Shown here piece by piece: positions 44,507 through 53,582 of a stretch of DNA of 64,000 bases. How positions within the stretch are numbered: position 1 is the stretch's first letter; the number at the start of each line of letters is the position of its first letter. The translations under genes were made by a program, and so were the position numbers. The notes under the pieces were generated by a model. That model was not told the origin of the DNA and ran no database searches. It worked only from the letters and a program-made list of their open reading frames with translations. The stretch spans positions 4,209 to 68,208 of the forward strand of contig JBMZIJ010000005.1 of assembly GCA_049616955.1 (NCBI GenBank), written 5' to 3'. The DNA is from Candidatus Poseidoniaceae archaeon (GTDB lineage: Archaea; Thermoplasmatota; Poseidoniia; Poseidoniales; Poseidoniaceae).

Positions 44507-46123
44507 TTGGCGGCCGAGCGGAGTAGAAATTTCAAGCGAATTGGGCTTCAATTTGCATTTTGGGCTGTTCTCAGTCTTCTCCTCCTCACCATCCTTCAGA
44601 ATTTTATCAACATCAGTCAGACCGATCAATTGTCCGCTTATGATGACGGTTGGGATGACATGTCTGCATTCCGAGAAGACATCAAGGCCATGGGTGTTGA
44701 AACCAAGTCACTGGTAAGTAGCCCTTTGCTCCTGGCAGATATTGAAGATCCTCGCAATACCACCTTCATCATCGCTGGAGTTGAACGAGATACACTCTCC
44801 TTCCCTCAATTTGATGAAGACGGATTTATCACCATTGCAACTGAGGATGGATACTCTCCATCAGAAGTCGACGCCATTGTTGAATTTGTCGGCAATGGAG
44901 GGACGGTCATCGTTCTCGAAGACTTTGGTTATGCTGGAAGCATTGGTGAAGCGTACGGAGTTCGGTATTCTGGATACCAACTGTACGATACAAATTACGT
45001 CGCGGAACTCGATTACAATTACATCTGGATGTGTGTTCAAGCAAGCCCTTGCGGTATGAACGGAACAGAACTTGATCCTGCGACCATTGAGGAACACGAG
45101 CGATGGTCTTCAGAAGTCGGAGAACATCCTTGTGCAGAACTTGATGGACAATCCATGACGTTGAACGAAGCTGGCGTTTGTTCTCACCATTGGGTCAAGA
45201 GTGCAGGCGACCTCGGTCGAATTGAATACAATGCAACCTACACCATGCTTCTCAACAACGTTACAGGACTTGAAATCGTACCAGGTGTACGTGGCGCACT
45301 CAAGGACGTTAACGTCCGAGCCATCACGAGCAATCAAGCAACAGTTGACGTCAACGGTGATGGCGAACTTTGGGTAAGCAATGAGCAAACAAGCGAAACA
45401 CCCGACCTGTGGGGTCAATTCAATCTCTCAATCGAAGCCTGCGCTTCGACCAACTGCGACCCAGATGAAGGTGGTCGAGTGTTCTTCATCGCTGATGGTA
45501 GTGCTTTGATCAATGCCATTTACGATTATGAAGGGTTCAACGCAGGTGAATATGGCAAGACAGACAAATTCATTCCAGCGAACGACAACCGAAAGTGGGC
45601 ACTCGACGTTATTGCTGAATCACTGATGAGTACAATCGAGGGCGAAGAGGGGCAACCTGCGGAAAACGCCATGGTCATTTTTGATGAAAGTCGACATCCA
45701 CAGAATGCACTTCTTGCAGATTCCTACAACACCGTGTACTTCCTCTTGGTCTACTTTACTGGCGAAGGATTGGCTATGTTAGCGCTCTTCGTGGTTCTCT
45801 TCATCACATTTGAAGCCGTTTTGCTCAAGAAGCGTGACCCAGAGCCATGGCGACATGTCTTCAGTATCATCTACTACGGGTTTGGTGATGCGAATCGATA
45901 CACGTACTATGCGAAAACGGAGAAGATACGGCAGGTCTTCTTGTCGAAAGTGCGTAATCAAAACGGTCTCACCGTTGAAGAATTCCATGCCATGTCGGCA
46001 AAGGAGTTGGTCGGACTCATCCAAGATCCAGTTCTAGCAAAGTTTGCCATTGAACCAGGAAAATATTCTCTTGAACAATCGGTTGCCTTGGTCAAACGAA
46101 TCAAGGCATGGGGGCGAAGGTGA
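44507..46123 (+). CDS. DUF4350-like membrane protein (N-terminal TM, extracytoplasmic domain, second TM, cytoplasmic tail)
   Basis: SAYDDGWDDMSAFREDIKAMGVET...FVGNGGTVIVLEDFGYAG matches the DUF4350 pattern seen in haloarchaeal MoxR/DUF58 clusters. TTG start with AGGTGAGAG 2 nt upstream. Confidence 0.65.
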   Translation: MAAERSRNFKRIGLQFAFWAVLSLLLLTILQNFINISQTDQLSAYDDGWDDMSAFREDIKAMGVETKSLVSSPLLLADIEDPRNTTFIIAGVERDTLSFPQFDEDGFITIATEDGYSPSEVDAIVEFVGNGGTVIVLEDFGYAGSIGEAYGVRYSGYQLYDTNYVAELDYNYIWMCVQASPCGMNGTELDPATIEEHERWSSEVGEHPCAELDGQSMTLNEAGVCSHHWVKSAGDLGRIEYNATYTMLLNNVTGLEIVPGVRGALKDVNVRAITSNQATVDVNGDGELWVSNEQTSETPDLWGQFNLSIEACASTNCDPDEGGRVFFIADGSALINAIYDYEGFNAGEYGKTDKFIPANDNRKWALDVIAESLMSTIEGEEGQPAENAMVIFDESRHPQNALLADSYNTVYFLLVYFTGEGLAMLALFVVLFITFEAVLLKKRDPEPWRHVFSIIYYGFGDANRYTYYAKTEKIRQVFLSKVRNQNGLTVEEFHAMSAKELVGLIQDPVLAKFAIEPGKYSLEQSVALVKRIKAWGRR

Positions 46124-47382
46124 AGGCTATGTGGACACGTAAAGCATCCTTCACCTTCACGGGAGGCATTGCCCTCATTCTCATTGGGATGATGATCACC
46201 AACAATCAAATGATGATTCTTGGATTAACGCTCATTACCTTCATCGTCGTGAACTCATGGGTTTCTGGCCATGGTGATATCGAAGTTCAACGTACACTGT
46301 CAGCAGATAACTTGTACAAGGGTGACGATTTGTACGTCGAATTGCTCGTGACCAATCGGTCGAATCGCAGAACTCAACTTTTGGATGTCTACGACAACAT
46401 CCCTCACGAAATGAAGCTGCGCAGTGGTTTGAACCAGATGCGTCTCAATCTCAGACCGGGCGAGAGCGCTCGAATCCGCTACGTCTTGCGTTGCCCATTG
46501 CGTGGACATTATTCGATTGGGCCAGTCTCTCTCCGAGTTCGCAACACGTTCAATCTCGGTGTCGAAGACATGTATGTTGACCATCATTCTGATATTGTTA
46601 TCTTCCCTCAAATCAAGGAGGTCGAGGAAGCATTCCTGCGATCACGTACCCCGAAAATGTACACAGGTGCAACAACACTTCGAACACCTGGTCAAGGTTC
46701 AGAATTTTATTCACTCCGAGAATATGTCCCAGGCGACCCATTCAAGAACATCAACTGGAAGGCATTTGCACGAACTGGAGATCTCATGGTCAACGAGAAG
46801 TGTCGAGACGCTGTTACAGACTTGTACATTCTTCTCGACTCAAGGGACGTTGCCCGAATTGGAACCGTTCTCAAGAACCCATTGGAAATGGGGACAGTCA
46901 GTGCTGCAAGCCTTGCTGCCTTCTTCCTAAAGCGAAGAGACAGTGTAGCCCTCGGAATCTATGGCGATGGACTTGCCTATCTCCCTCCAGATACTGGTGA
47001 CAAGCAGTATTTCAAAATCCTCAGTTCACTTGCTGGCGTAAAACCTGAAGGAAGCATGCCACTCCAAGCAGTAACCAACTCGCTGAGTGGGCGATTCAGT
47101 CGAGGCAGCCCCGTCTTCGTCATATCCTCCTGCGAAGGTGATGGAACAGTTCCTGCAGCCGTTCGTGACTTGGTCGGACGTGGGCATGAGGTAACCGTCC
47201 TTTCACCGTCGAGCATTGACTTTGAGCGCCTTGTTTCACGAATTCCAAGAATGTCCTATGAAGTACTCAAACTCGAACGACAGAATCGATTGACGACTCT
47301 CGCAGGTTCAGGAGCTCAAGTCATCGATTGGATGCCTGACATGGATTTGTCACAGGCCATTATGCAAGTGAGGGGATTTTAG
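46108..47382 (+). CDS. DUF58 family protein (vWA-like, MoxR-associated family)
   Basis: Hallmark GQGSEFYSLREYVPGDPFKNINWKAFARTGDLMVNE. Two N-terminal TM helices. Overlaps the upstream gene by 16 nt. Confidence 0.85.
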   Translation: MGAKVKAMWTRKASFTFTGGIALILIGMMITNNQMMILGLTLITFIVVNSWVSGHGDIEVQRTLSADNLYKGDDLYVELLVTNRSNRRTQLLDVYDNIPHEMKLRSGLNQMRLNLRPGESARIRYVLRCPLRGHYSIGPVSLRVRNTFNLGVEDMYVDHHSDIVIFPQIKEVEEAFLRSRTPKMYTGATTLRTPGQGSEFYSLREYVPGDPFKNINWKAFARTGDLMVNEKCRDAVTDLYILLDSRDVARIGTVLKNPLEMGTVSAASLAAFFLKRRDSVALGIYGDGLAYLPPDTGDKQYFKILSSLAGVKPEGSMPLQAVTNSLSGRFSRGSPVFVISSCEGDGTVPAAVRDLVGRGHEVTVLSPSSIDFERLVSRIPRMSYEVLKLERQNRLTTLAGSGAQVIDWMPDMDLSQAIMQVRGF

Positions 47383-48585
47383 ATGGCAGGTGAAGTCGAC
47401 CCACAGAGCGATGTATCCTTGATGGGAGGTCGTGCACGTACCCTCCATCTCAAAGCCTTGAGGAAACAATGGCAAATCATAACGCTGCAAGTTGTTTCGA
47501 CCATCGCCCTTGTATGGATGTATCTTGAAGTCGTCTCGACATATGTCGTGAACAGCATTGACCACACAATGCTCTTTGATTCATTGGAATCCCTCGTTGG
47601 CGAAGTACCAATTGGGGATTGGCTCATCGGTTCAGGACGTACAGGTCTTGCACGCTTCTACGTGCCAATCGTCCTTGGATTGGGTCTTGGAGGTTCAATG
47701 GCATTGATGGCGTTCCAATCGCCTCGTGTCCAGCAACGAATCAAACTCGGTTTCATTGTGACACTGATGGTTCTCCTCATTGGACGACTCGTATTGACTT
47801 GGATTCCTTCCATGCTCTTTTCCTGGGATCTCCGAGCACCAAGTGAGAGTGAATTGAAAACGCTGGAATGGCCACTCTTGATGATTCTCTCGTTGATCAT
47901 TCTCTTCATCTATCTCCTACCAGTCATCATGGGAACTCGAGGAATTTGGGGGCTTTCACGTCGCTCGATTGGATGGGCGATTGGGTTCACGCTCCTTTTC
48001 CTTGGTATTCATGCCATCTTGACCTTCCCATTGATCAAAACCCAACTTGGTGATTGGGGCTCAAATCTTATCTCTCTGGAATCTCAAGTGAGTGACCCAA
48101 CCGTTGGTATCTTCGGATTCGACCTTGTAACTCCTGAACAATTCTCTTTGATTTTGATCGCCGTTCTGATCATGGTCTTCCAAGAATCTGGTTTTGGTGT
48201 TATTCGGTACCTTGAGTACGCCTATCGTCTTCCCGAATCCTGTAAAAGAGACCCAGAATACGTACGACAAATGGACAACGTCTTGAACGGTCATCTGCGT
48301 CACACCGCTGGATTCCTTACGGTCACTGGGCTTGTCACTATGATTGCGCTCGGATTCCACAGCGTTTTGCTTGAAGTCGTTCGAACATCAACGGGAAGCC
48401 AGTGGGCTGCACAGGTTTCAGAATCGATCGAGCTTTCATTGACCTATGGCCTGGTTATCTCTGCACTCCTGTTTTTGAGTTTGGTCGCATTACTGCGTTT
48501 CTTTGTCCCATGGCAACGTGTTTGGGGTCTCATTGAATCCATGACCAACAAACAACCAGAGCCGGTGAAAGAAAAGGAATTCTGA
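47383..48585 (+). CDS. polytopic membrane protein, unknown function
   Basis: 400-aa ORF. Its ATG directly follows the DUF58 TAG stop. About 9-10 hydrophobic helices and no recognisable motif. Confidence 0.6.
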   Translation: MAGEVDPQSDVSLMGGRARTLHLKALRKQWQIITLQVVSTIALVWMYLEVVSTYVVNSIDHTMLFDSLESLVGEVPIGDWLIGSGRTGLARFYVPIVLGLGLGGSMALMAFQSPRVQQRIKLGFIVTLMVLLIGRLVLTWIPSMLFSWDLRAPSESELKTLEWPLLMILSLIILFIYLLPVIMGTRGIWGLSRRSIGWAIGFTLLFLGIHAILTFPLIKTQLGDWGSNLISLESQVSDPTVGIFGFDLVTPEQFSLILIAVLIMVFQESGFGVIRYLEYAYRLPESCKRDPEYVRQMDNVLNGHLRHTAGFLTVTGLVTMIALGFHSVLLEVVRTSTGSQWAAQVSESIELSLTYGLVISALLFLSLVALLRFFVPWQRVWGLIESMTNKQPEPVKEKEF

Positions 48586-48822
48586 TTACTTCCGTGCTCG
48601 CATCATTTGGATGAAACGCCCAATGATTTCGTTCAAAATAAGCATGCTTAACGCCAAACCAACCGTTGCAATCCATTGATACCAAACAACATCAATGGAA
48701 GACCAAAGAATTTGGTTAATGAAAATGAAACCAATGATGGAACCGATGAAGATTATCTTTTCAAGCATCACTGGATAAGACGAACCCTTTGACTCGTTAC
48801 GCAGCAGAAGTGTCTCAACCAT
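48586..48822 (-). CDS. 78-aa two-TM membrane protein, last gene of the Roadblock/coiled-coil operon
   Basis: ATG lies 9 nt after the stop of the 1,044-aa gene, with GGTGAG 4 nt upstream. Two hydrophobic helices and a basic C-terminus (MMRARK). Confidence 0.5.
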   Translation of the reverse strand: MVETLLLRNESKGSSYPVMLEKIIFIGSIIGFIFINQILWSSIDVVWYQWIATVGLALSMLILNEIIGRFIQMMRARK

Positions 48823-48831
48823 ATGCTCACC

Positions 48832-51800
48832 TCAGAAATCCAATTCTGAGAGTTGATCATGCAAGGCATCAAGCCGTGGATCACGTGTCGGTTCCTCGAC
48901 CTTGGGCGTTCGAAGTTGCCGTTCAGCATCAAGCCGAGCCAACTCAGCCTCAAGGTCAGCACGGTCTTCTTGAATCGGAATCTGTCGTTCTTCCTCAACA
49001 ATCGTTTCAGAAGGCTCAGCATCAACAGGAGCAGGCATTTCTACCCATTCATCGGACAATTCGATGACGGCAGGTTCGGAATCAAGCGAGACGCTTTCTT
49101 CGACAACCAGTGTTGGTTGGATGTTTTCCATCATATCGTCCATCACTGGCGTTCGTTGACCAACGGGGATTGCTGTGCGCTCAAATGGAAGGAAACCATC
49201 TCGTTGGAAATCCCACATGGCTCCACGTGGAACACCCTTGGTTAATCCGGATGCATCGATTTGTGTCAACAACTCTTCGAGAACTTGAGCTGTTTGTTCA
49301 AGTGCAATCGCTTCACCAGCATCACGCTGGTCTGCTTCAAGATAGATATCATCGAGAGCAACTCGAATCAATCGTCGAGTCTCTACAGCAACACTCGGTA
49401 ATGCTTCAGGACGCATGCAATTCATGCGCAATGCTTCAATTTCTTCAGGAGGTGCACCTAGGTTTCCAAGTTGATCGAGAACGTTTCGCATTCGACGAAG
49501 CATTGTAATTGAACGGTCGTAATCCTCGAGGATGCCTTCAAGATCGAGAATAAGATGACCTACAGTTTCACCAAGTTGATTCTCCAATCGCTGTTGAACA
49601 GACCATCGTGCTAGGCCTCGAACGGCACCAGCGGTTTGCGGGACTTGCCGTTCGAGAAGCGTCATGACCTCACTGCTCAGCAAGTGACGTGGTGTCGCAG
49701 CGATGTGATCGACAGTGGACTGAACAACTTGTAGAGCCCTCTCGACCGCCCGGTCAAGAAGAACAACGGAGTAGCCCAAGGTTCGAGCATGTTCAAGTCG
49801 GTCAAGGACAGGGCCAAGACCACGGAATGTTGCATCATCGTTGAGTAGGGCTTGAGCAAGTGGCTCCTCATTCAGTCGGGCTCGGAGTCGCTCAGCCTCT
49901 GCAATATCAGCAACAGCCTCCTCATGGGCGTCAGTTAACGCTTCAGCACGGGCAATCAATCCTGACAGTTCTGTTTCAGCATTGCCTCTGCGTGCTCCTA
50001 GGTTGCCAAGTTCGGTTAGCAATTCCTTTCGCTCACCCATGAGTTCACGCATTTCAGAATGAAGTTGCATGCGACGTGCTTCATCCTCAGCGAGGCGTTG
50101 TCGTTCTTCTTCTGCCCGACGACGACTGGCGAGTGTTTCTGCTTCAATTTGGTCTAAGCGTGCTTGAGCAGCACGAATCTTTTCTTCGGATGCATTGCTC
50201 TTTGATTGAGCACTGGCTTGCCGATCTCGAAGGGCAGTGACTTGTTCTTCAAGCGAACGTAGGCGCCGTTCTTCAAGTTCAATTTGCTCACGGATTGAAG
50301 CCAGTTGTTGAGCGTTTGATTCCAAGTCTGCTCGTGTGGTTGCTTCCTTGTTGGAAAGCGTCTCAAGTTCATCACGAAGCGCAGCACTGCTTTCCGTATC
50401 GCCCAAAGCCTTGGCCAATTCGGAGGCTCGTTCACTGAGTTGATGTTCAAGTTCACCAACGCGACGAAGTAAACGATCTGCACGCTCTTCTGCTTGTTCC
50501 ATTCGAGTCCTTGATTCAGAAACAGTGACTTGAACACGATTCAATTCATCGTTCTTCGATTGAATAGCTTCGTTTTGCTCACCGGTCGATTGTTGAATCG
50601 CATCAAGACGAACCAATGCTTCAGTACGTTCTTTCTCAGCCTCTTGAAGTTGACTTGTCAAACCTGCATTGGTACGCATGAGCGTATCTGCACGTCGTTC
50701 GGACTCCTCAAGGCGGCGACGTAATCCAGCATCAACACCGGCAAGAGGTGCTGAAGTTGGCAAGGATTGTGCGGCCTCTTGACCGCCAACGTGGATGCTC
50801 AATTTTGATCGAACGAGTCGAACATCATCGAGACCAATTTCAAAGCCATACATACTCATCAGCCGATGCATCATTGAATCTCGACGCTTCTCTGAGCGAG
50901 TACGTACGGTTGAAAGAGAATCAACGAATTGTTTGAGCGTGAATTCAGAAACATCGCCTGTCGATGATGAAACCATGGTGCCAGAGGCAAGTCGATGCAA
51001 TTTCAAGACACGCTTGCTTTCGGTCAATCCCATCATCGCATCTTCGAACGATTGGCCGCTTGCAGCCATGGCAACTGGAAGGCCATTGTTGAGTGCAAGC
51101 GATACTGCTTTCTCACTCACACCCGCCTTGAGGTGGCCTGTAACACGCTCTTCAAGGGCTGCAGAAAGCATGGACATCACCGCATCAGCACCTCCTTTTC
51201 CTTCTCGAAGAACGAAACCATCGGGAAGTGTAGCAGCGCCCTCGGCATAGGTTCCGATCTCACCATCAAGTTTCGCTGCAACATCGGTCAATAAGCGAGC
51301 ATGATTGGCATCGAGTTCTGTCCAGATTGCCAACACAATCGTGCTACTGGATGCGATGAGCAAAGATGCATCACCCATGTTAAGCGACGCATAGCCGTCG
51401 TTGCCACCGCCGAGTTTCGATTGCTGAACACTCATCGATTCGGAAAGCGTAGCAACGGTGGCTGACAATTCCTCAGCCTTCCCGGGTAGATCGCCCATGC
51501 TATCGATGAGGATGCCCTGGTCTGCAGCCAGGGCGCCTCGAACGTGCTCGTAATCCGAAAGCGCTTGCAGAACAGCGGAAATGTTCCGGGCGAAGAGACG
51601 GTCTGTCAGTGAATTGCTCGCACCTAGCCCCTGTGTATCTGCTTGGAACTCAAAAGCTTCTGGGAGAAGAGAGGCAAGTTCTGCAAATCCATGCAACGAA
51701 CAGGTTGAAGCGACGAGCCGATGTTGATTCTTTTCGGCCTCTTCGAGGGCTGCTCGTGCATCGGCTCCGCCAAGGAGTTTGGTTGCACTCGTACCTTCAC

Positions 51801-51966
51801 AGATCCATCCAACAATTCGTCCAGCACGAACCAAACGATGGCCGAACGGTGTCTTTCGTCGGCCAACCCACGTCGTGATGAACCCATGCTCGAAGGGTTG
51901 AATGGAGCCAGCAGCAACATTCACTTCATCATCAAATCGTTCAATATGTGGTAAGTCAAACATCAT
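48832..51966 (-). CDS. 1,044-aa cytoplasmic protein: N-terminal domains including a Roadblock/LC7-like segment, ~290-aa coiled coil, helical C-terminal domain, acidic tail
   Basis: The internal segment NISAVLQALSDYEHVRGALAADQGILIDSMGDLPGKAEELSATVATLSES...ASLLIASSSTIVLAIWTE fits the Roadblock pattern. A long E/R/L/A/Q-rich heptad region runs LRRRLEESERRADTL...LRARLNEE. No TM helix and no P-loop. Confidence 0.75.
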   Translation of the reverse strand: MMFDLPHIERFDDEVNVAAGSIQPFEHGFITTWVGRRKTPFGHRLVRAGRIVGWICEGTSATKLLGGADARAALEEAEKNQHRLVASTCSLHGFAELASLLPEAFEFQADTQGLGASNSLTDRLFARNISAVLQALSDYEHVRGALAADQGILIDSMGDLPGKAEELSATVATLSESMSVQQSKLGGGNDGYASLNMGDASLLIASSSTIVLAIWTELDANHARLLTDVAAKLDGEIGTYAEGAATLPDGFVLREGKGGADAVMSMLSAALEERVTGHLKAGVSEKAVSLALNNGLPVAMAASGQSFEDAMMGLTESKRVLKLHRLASGTMVSSSTGDVSEFTLKQFVDSLSTVRTRSEKRRDSMMHRLMSMYGFEIGLDDVRLVRSKLSIHVGGQEAAQSLPTSAPLAGVDAGLRRRLEESERRADTLMRTNAGLTSQLQEAEKERTEALVRLDAIQQSTGEQNEAIQSKNDELNRVQVTVSESRTRMEQAEERADRLLRRVGELEHQLSERASELAKALGDTESSAALRDELETLSNKEATTRADLESNAQQLASIREQIELEERRLRSLEEQVTALRDRQASAQSKSNASEEKIRAAQARLDQIEAETLASRRRAEEERQRLAEDEARRMQLHSEMRELMGERKELLTELGNLGARRGNAETELSGLIARAEALTDAHEEAVADIAEAERLRARLNEEPLAQALLNDDATFRGLGPVLDRLEHARTLGYSVVLLDRAVERALQVVQSTVDHIAATPRHLLSSEVMTLLERQVPQTAGAVRGLARWSVQQRLENQLGETVGHLILDLEGILEDYDRSITMLRRMRNVLDQLGNLGAPPEEIEALRMNCMRPEALPSVAVETRRLIRVALDDIYLEADQRDAGEAIALEQTAQVLEELLTQIDASGLTKGVPRGAMWDFQRDGFLPFERTAIPVGQRTPVMDDMMENIQPTLVVEESVSLDSEPAVIELSDEWVEMPAPVDAEPSETIVEEERQIPIQEDRADLEAELARLDAERQLRTPKVEEPTRDPRLDALHDQLSELDF

Positions 51967-52337
51967 ATCACCTTGGTTCGGTTAAAATTCCATTCTTGTC
52001 GCAAGCGTTCGAGCTCGTATCGCCACACGCCTTTTTTCCCATCTCTTCCAGAGAGATAGACAAACAAGTCGCTGTCGAATTGATCGATGAGGCTCAATCT
52101 CCGCCCCTCAATCCATACTTCAAACAATGACCCGAGGTTGAGTTGTTCAGCCAATAAGCAGCAATCTGCCCACTCAGTACGCTGTTCTTCTACAGTTTCC
52201 GGCCATTTTTTGGTCGATTGAACGACGGTTCCAAACTGATCCACCAGGCGAACGTGACTCACGCCATCAAGTCCGCAAAGTTCAGGAAACAACTTGTCCA
52301 GCATGTTAGCCCAAACCCTTTGACAGCAACGTGCCAT
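51963..52337 (-). CDS. Roadblock/LC7 (MglB-like) domain protein
   Basis: MLDKLFPELCGLDGVSHVRLVDQFGTVVQS...LLAEQLNLGSLFEVWIEGRRLSLIDQFDSDLFVYLSGRDGKKGVWRYEL follows the Robl_LC7 alpha-beta-alpha pattern. Its stop overlaps the downstream ATG (ATGA). Alternative ATG at 52304. Confidence 0.6.
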   Translation of the reverse strand: MARCCQRVWANMLDKLFPELCGLDGVSHVRLVDQFGTVVQSTKKWPETVEEQRTEWADCCLLAEQLNLGSLFEVWIEGRRLSLIDQFDSDLFVYLSGRDGKKGVWRYELERLRQEWNFNRTKVI

Positions 52338-52391
52338 TCAAGAACTTTGCCGAAACTCTTCCCCCGTAGGGGGATTTGTCAACAAAAATCA

Positions 52392-52410
52392 AAATTCCAA
52401 CTGCAATTTT
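52392..52410. promoter_or_regulatory. copy of the AAATTCCAA[C/T]TG[C/G]AA[T/A]TTT motif
   Basis: AAATTCCAACTGCAATTTT is 16/19 identical to 3482-3500. It lies in the 249-nt divergent gap between the Roadblock operon and the TtuA-like gene. Confidence 0.35.
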
Positions 52411-52495
52411 TCAAAACACTACCCGCGGAAGGGAATAACAAGCGCTATATCCGCGCATGAAAGCAATTCCATGTTGCAAAAAATTGTGTAAAAAA

Positions 52496-52522
52496 TCAAT
52501 TGGAAATTTAAAATTGCAATTG
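52496..52522. promoter_or_regulatory. CAATTG-N14-CAATTG motif copy (TCAATTGGAAATTTAAAATTGCAATTG)
   Basis: 24/27 identical to 3487-3513, with the same 20-nt hexamer-to-hexamer spacing. Followed by a T-rich TATA-like GTATTTTTTATTTCC about 50 nt upstream of the ATG at 52587. Confidence 0.4.
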
Positions 52523-52586
52523 TATTTTTTATTTCCAAGAAATCACCAATCGGAGGCGTTTAATGCAGGTGATGTGAGGATTCTTC

Positions 52587-53582
52587 ATGGCCGAGGCATC
52601 CCAGACTCCGTTCCAAGCGCCAGCTTGTGACGTCTGTGGAAAAGACGCCGTTGTTGAACAGGCTTACTCTGGCCGCATTCTGTGCGGTTATCATCTTGAG
52701 AAATCGATTCGAAAGAAAGTAGGCAAAGAGTTACGGAAACAACTGCATCTCGACAAGTCGAAACCAACAACGGTATTTGTGGCAATCTCGGGCGGAAAAG
52801 ACTCTGCAGTTCTGCTGACACTCCTCGTTGAATTGATTGGCATGCGTCGAGATGTTCGAATCGTTGCTGGATGTGTCGATGAAGGCATTGACGGTTATCG
52901 GCCACCTTCGATGCAGTGTGCGATCGATTTGTGTGAAACGCTCGGCGTAGAATTTATTTCGACAAGCTACGAAAACCTCGATTTTCATCAAATGGATGAA
53001 GTTGTAAAACGTTTACCAATCATTTCTGAATCAAATGAAGGTGTCTCGATGATGCCCTGCTCGTATTGTGGCGTATTTCGTCGTCAAGGCATCAATGCAT
53101 TGGCACGACAAGTTGGAGCGGATGTGGTTGCACTTGGGCATAATCTCGATGATATGGCTCAAACCGTTCTCATGAACATGACCAATGGTGATATCGACCG
53201 AACGTTACGACTTGCTCCTCATACCGATGCGCCGGTGGATGGCTTACCGCCGAGGATTGTACCATTGCGATGGATTCCTGAACAAGAAATTCATCTTCTT
53301 GCCATGCACAAAGAACTGCCTCTTCACCATGAGGAGTGTCCTTACGCACAAGGAGCGCTACGTTGGCGTTACAGAGATATCGTTGCTCAACTCGAGCAAG
53401 ACGTTCCTGGTACAAGGCATAGTTTGGTTCGTATGTCGGACAACATCAAGCACGTTGCCAGAGAGGGTACGCCTTCCATACATTCGCACCCTACAAAATG
53501 CGAACGCTGCGGTTCACCAACGTCGGGTGCAACATGCAAAGCATGCGATATGCGAGATCTTCTTGACGTTGACCTAGAGTAG
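52587..53582 (+). CDS. tRNA 2-thiolation PP-loop ATPase (TtuA/NcsA-Ctu1 family)
   Basis: N-terminal Cys pair CDVC...C..H, PP-loop AISGGKDSAVL, CSYCGVFRR, GHNLDDMAQTVLMN, and C-terminal CERCG...CKAC zinc ribbon. Confidence 0.85.
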   Translation: MAEASQTPFQAPACDVCGKDAVVEQAYSGRILCGYHLEKSIRKKVGKELRKQLHLDKSKPTTVFVAISGGKDSAVLLTLLVELIGMRRDVRIVAGCVDEGIDGYRPPSMQCAIDLCETLGVEFISTSYENLDFHQMDEVVKRLPIISESNEGVSMMPCSYCGVFRRQGINALARQVGADVVALGHNLDDMAQTVLMNMTNGDIDRTLRLAPHTDAPVDGLPPRIVPLRWIPEQEIHLLAMHKELPLHHEECPYAQGALRWRYRDIVAQLEQDVPGTRHSLVRMSDNIKHVAREGTPSIHSHPTKCERCGSPTSGATCKACDMRDLLDVDLE

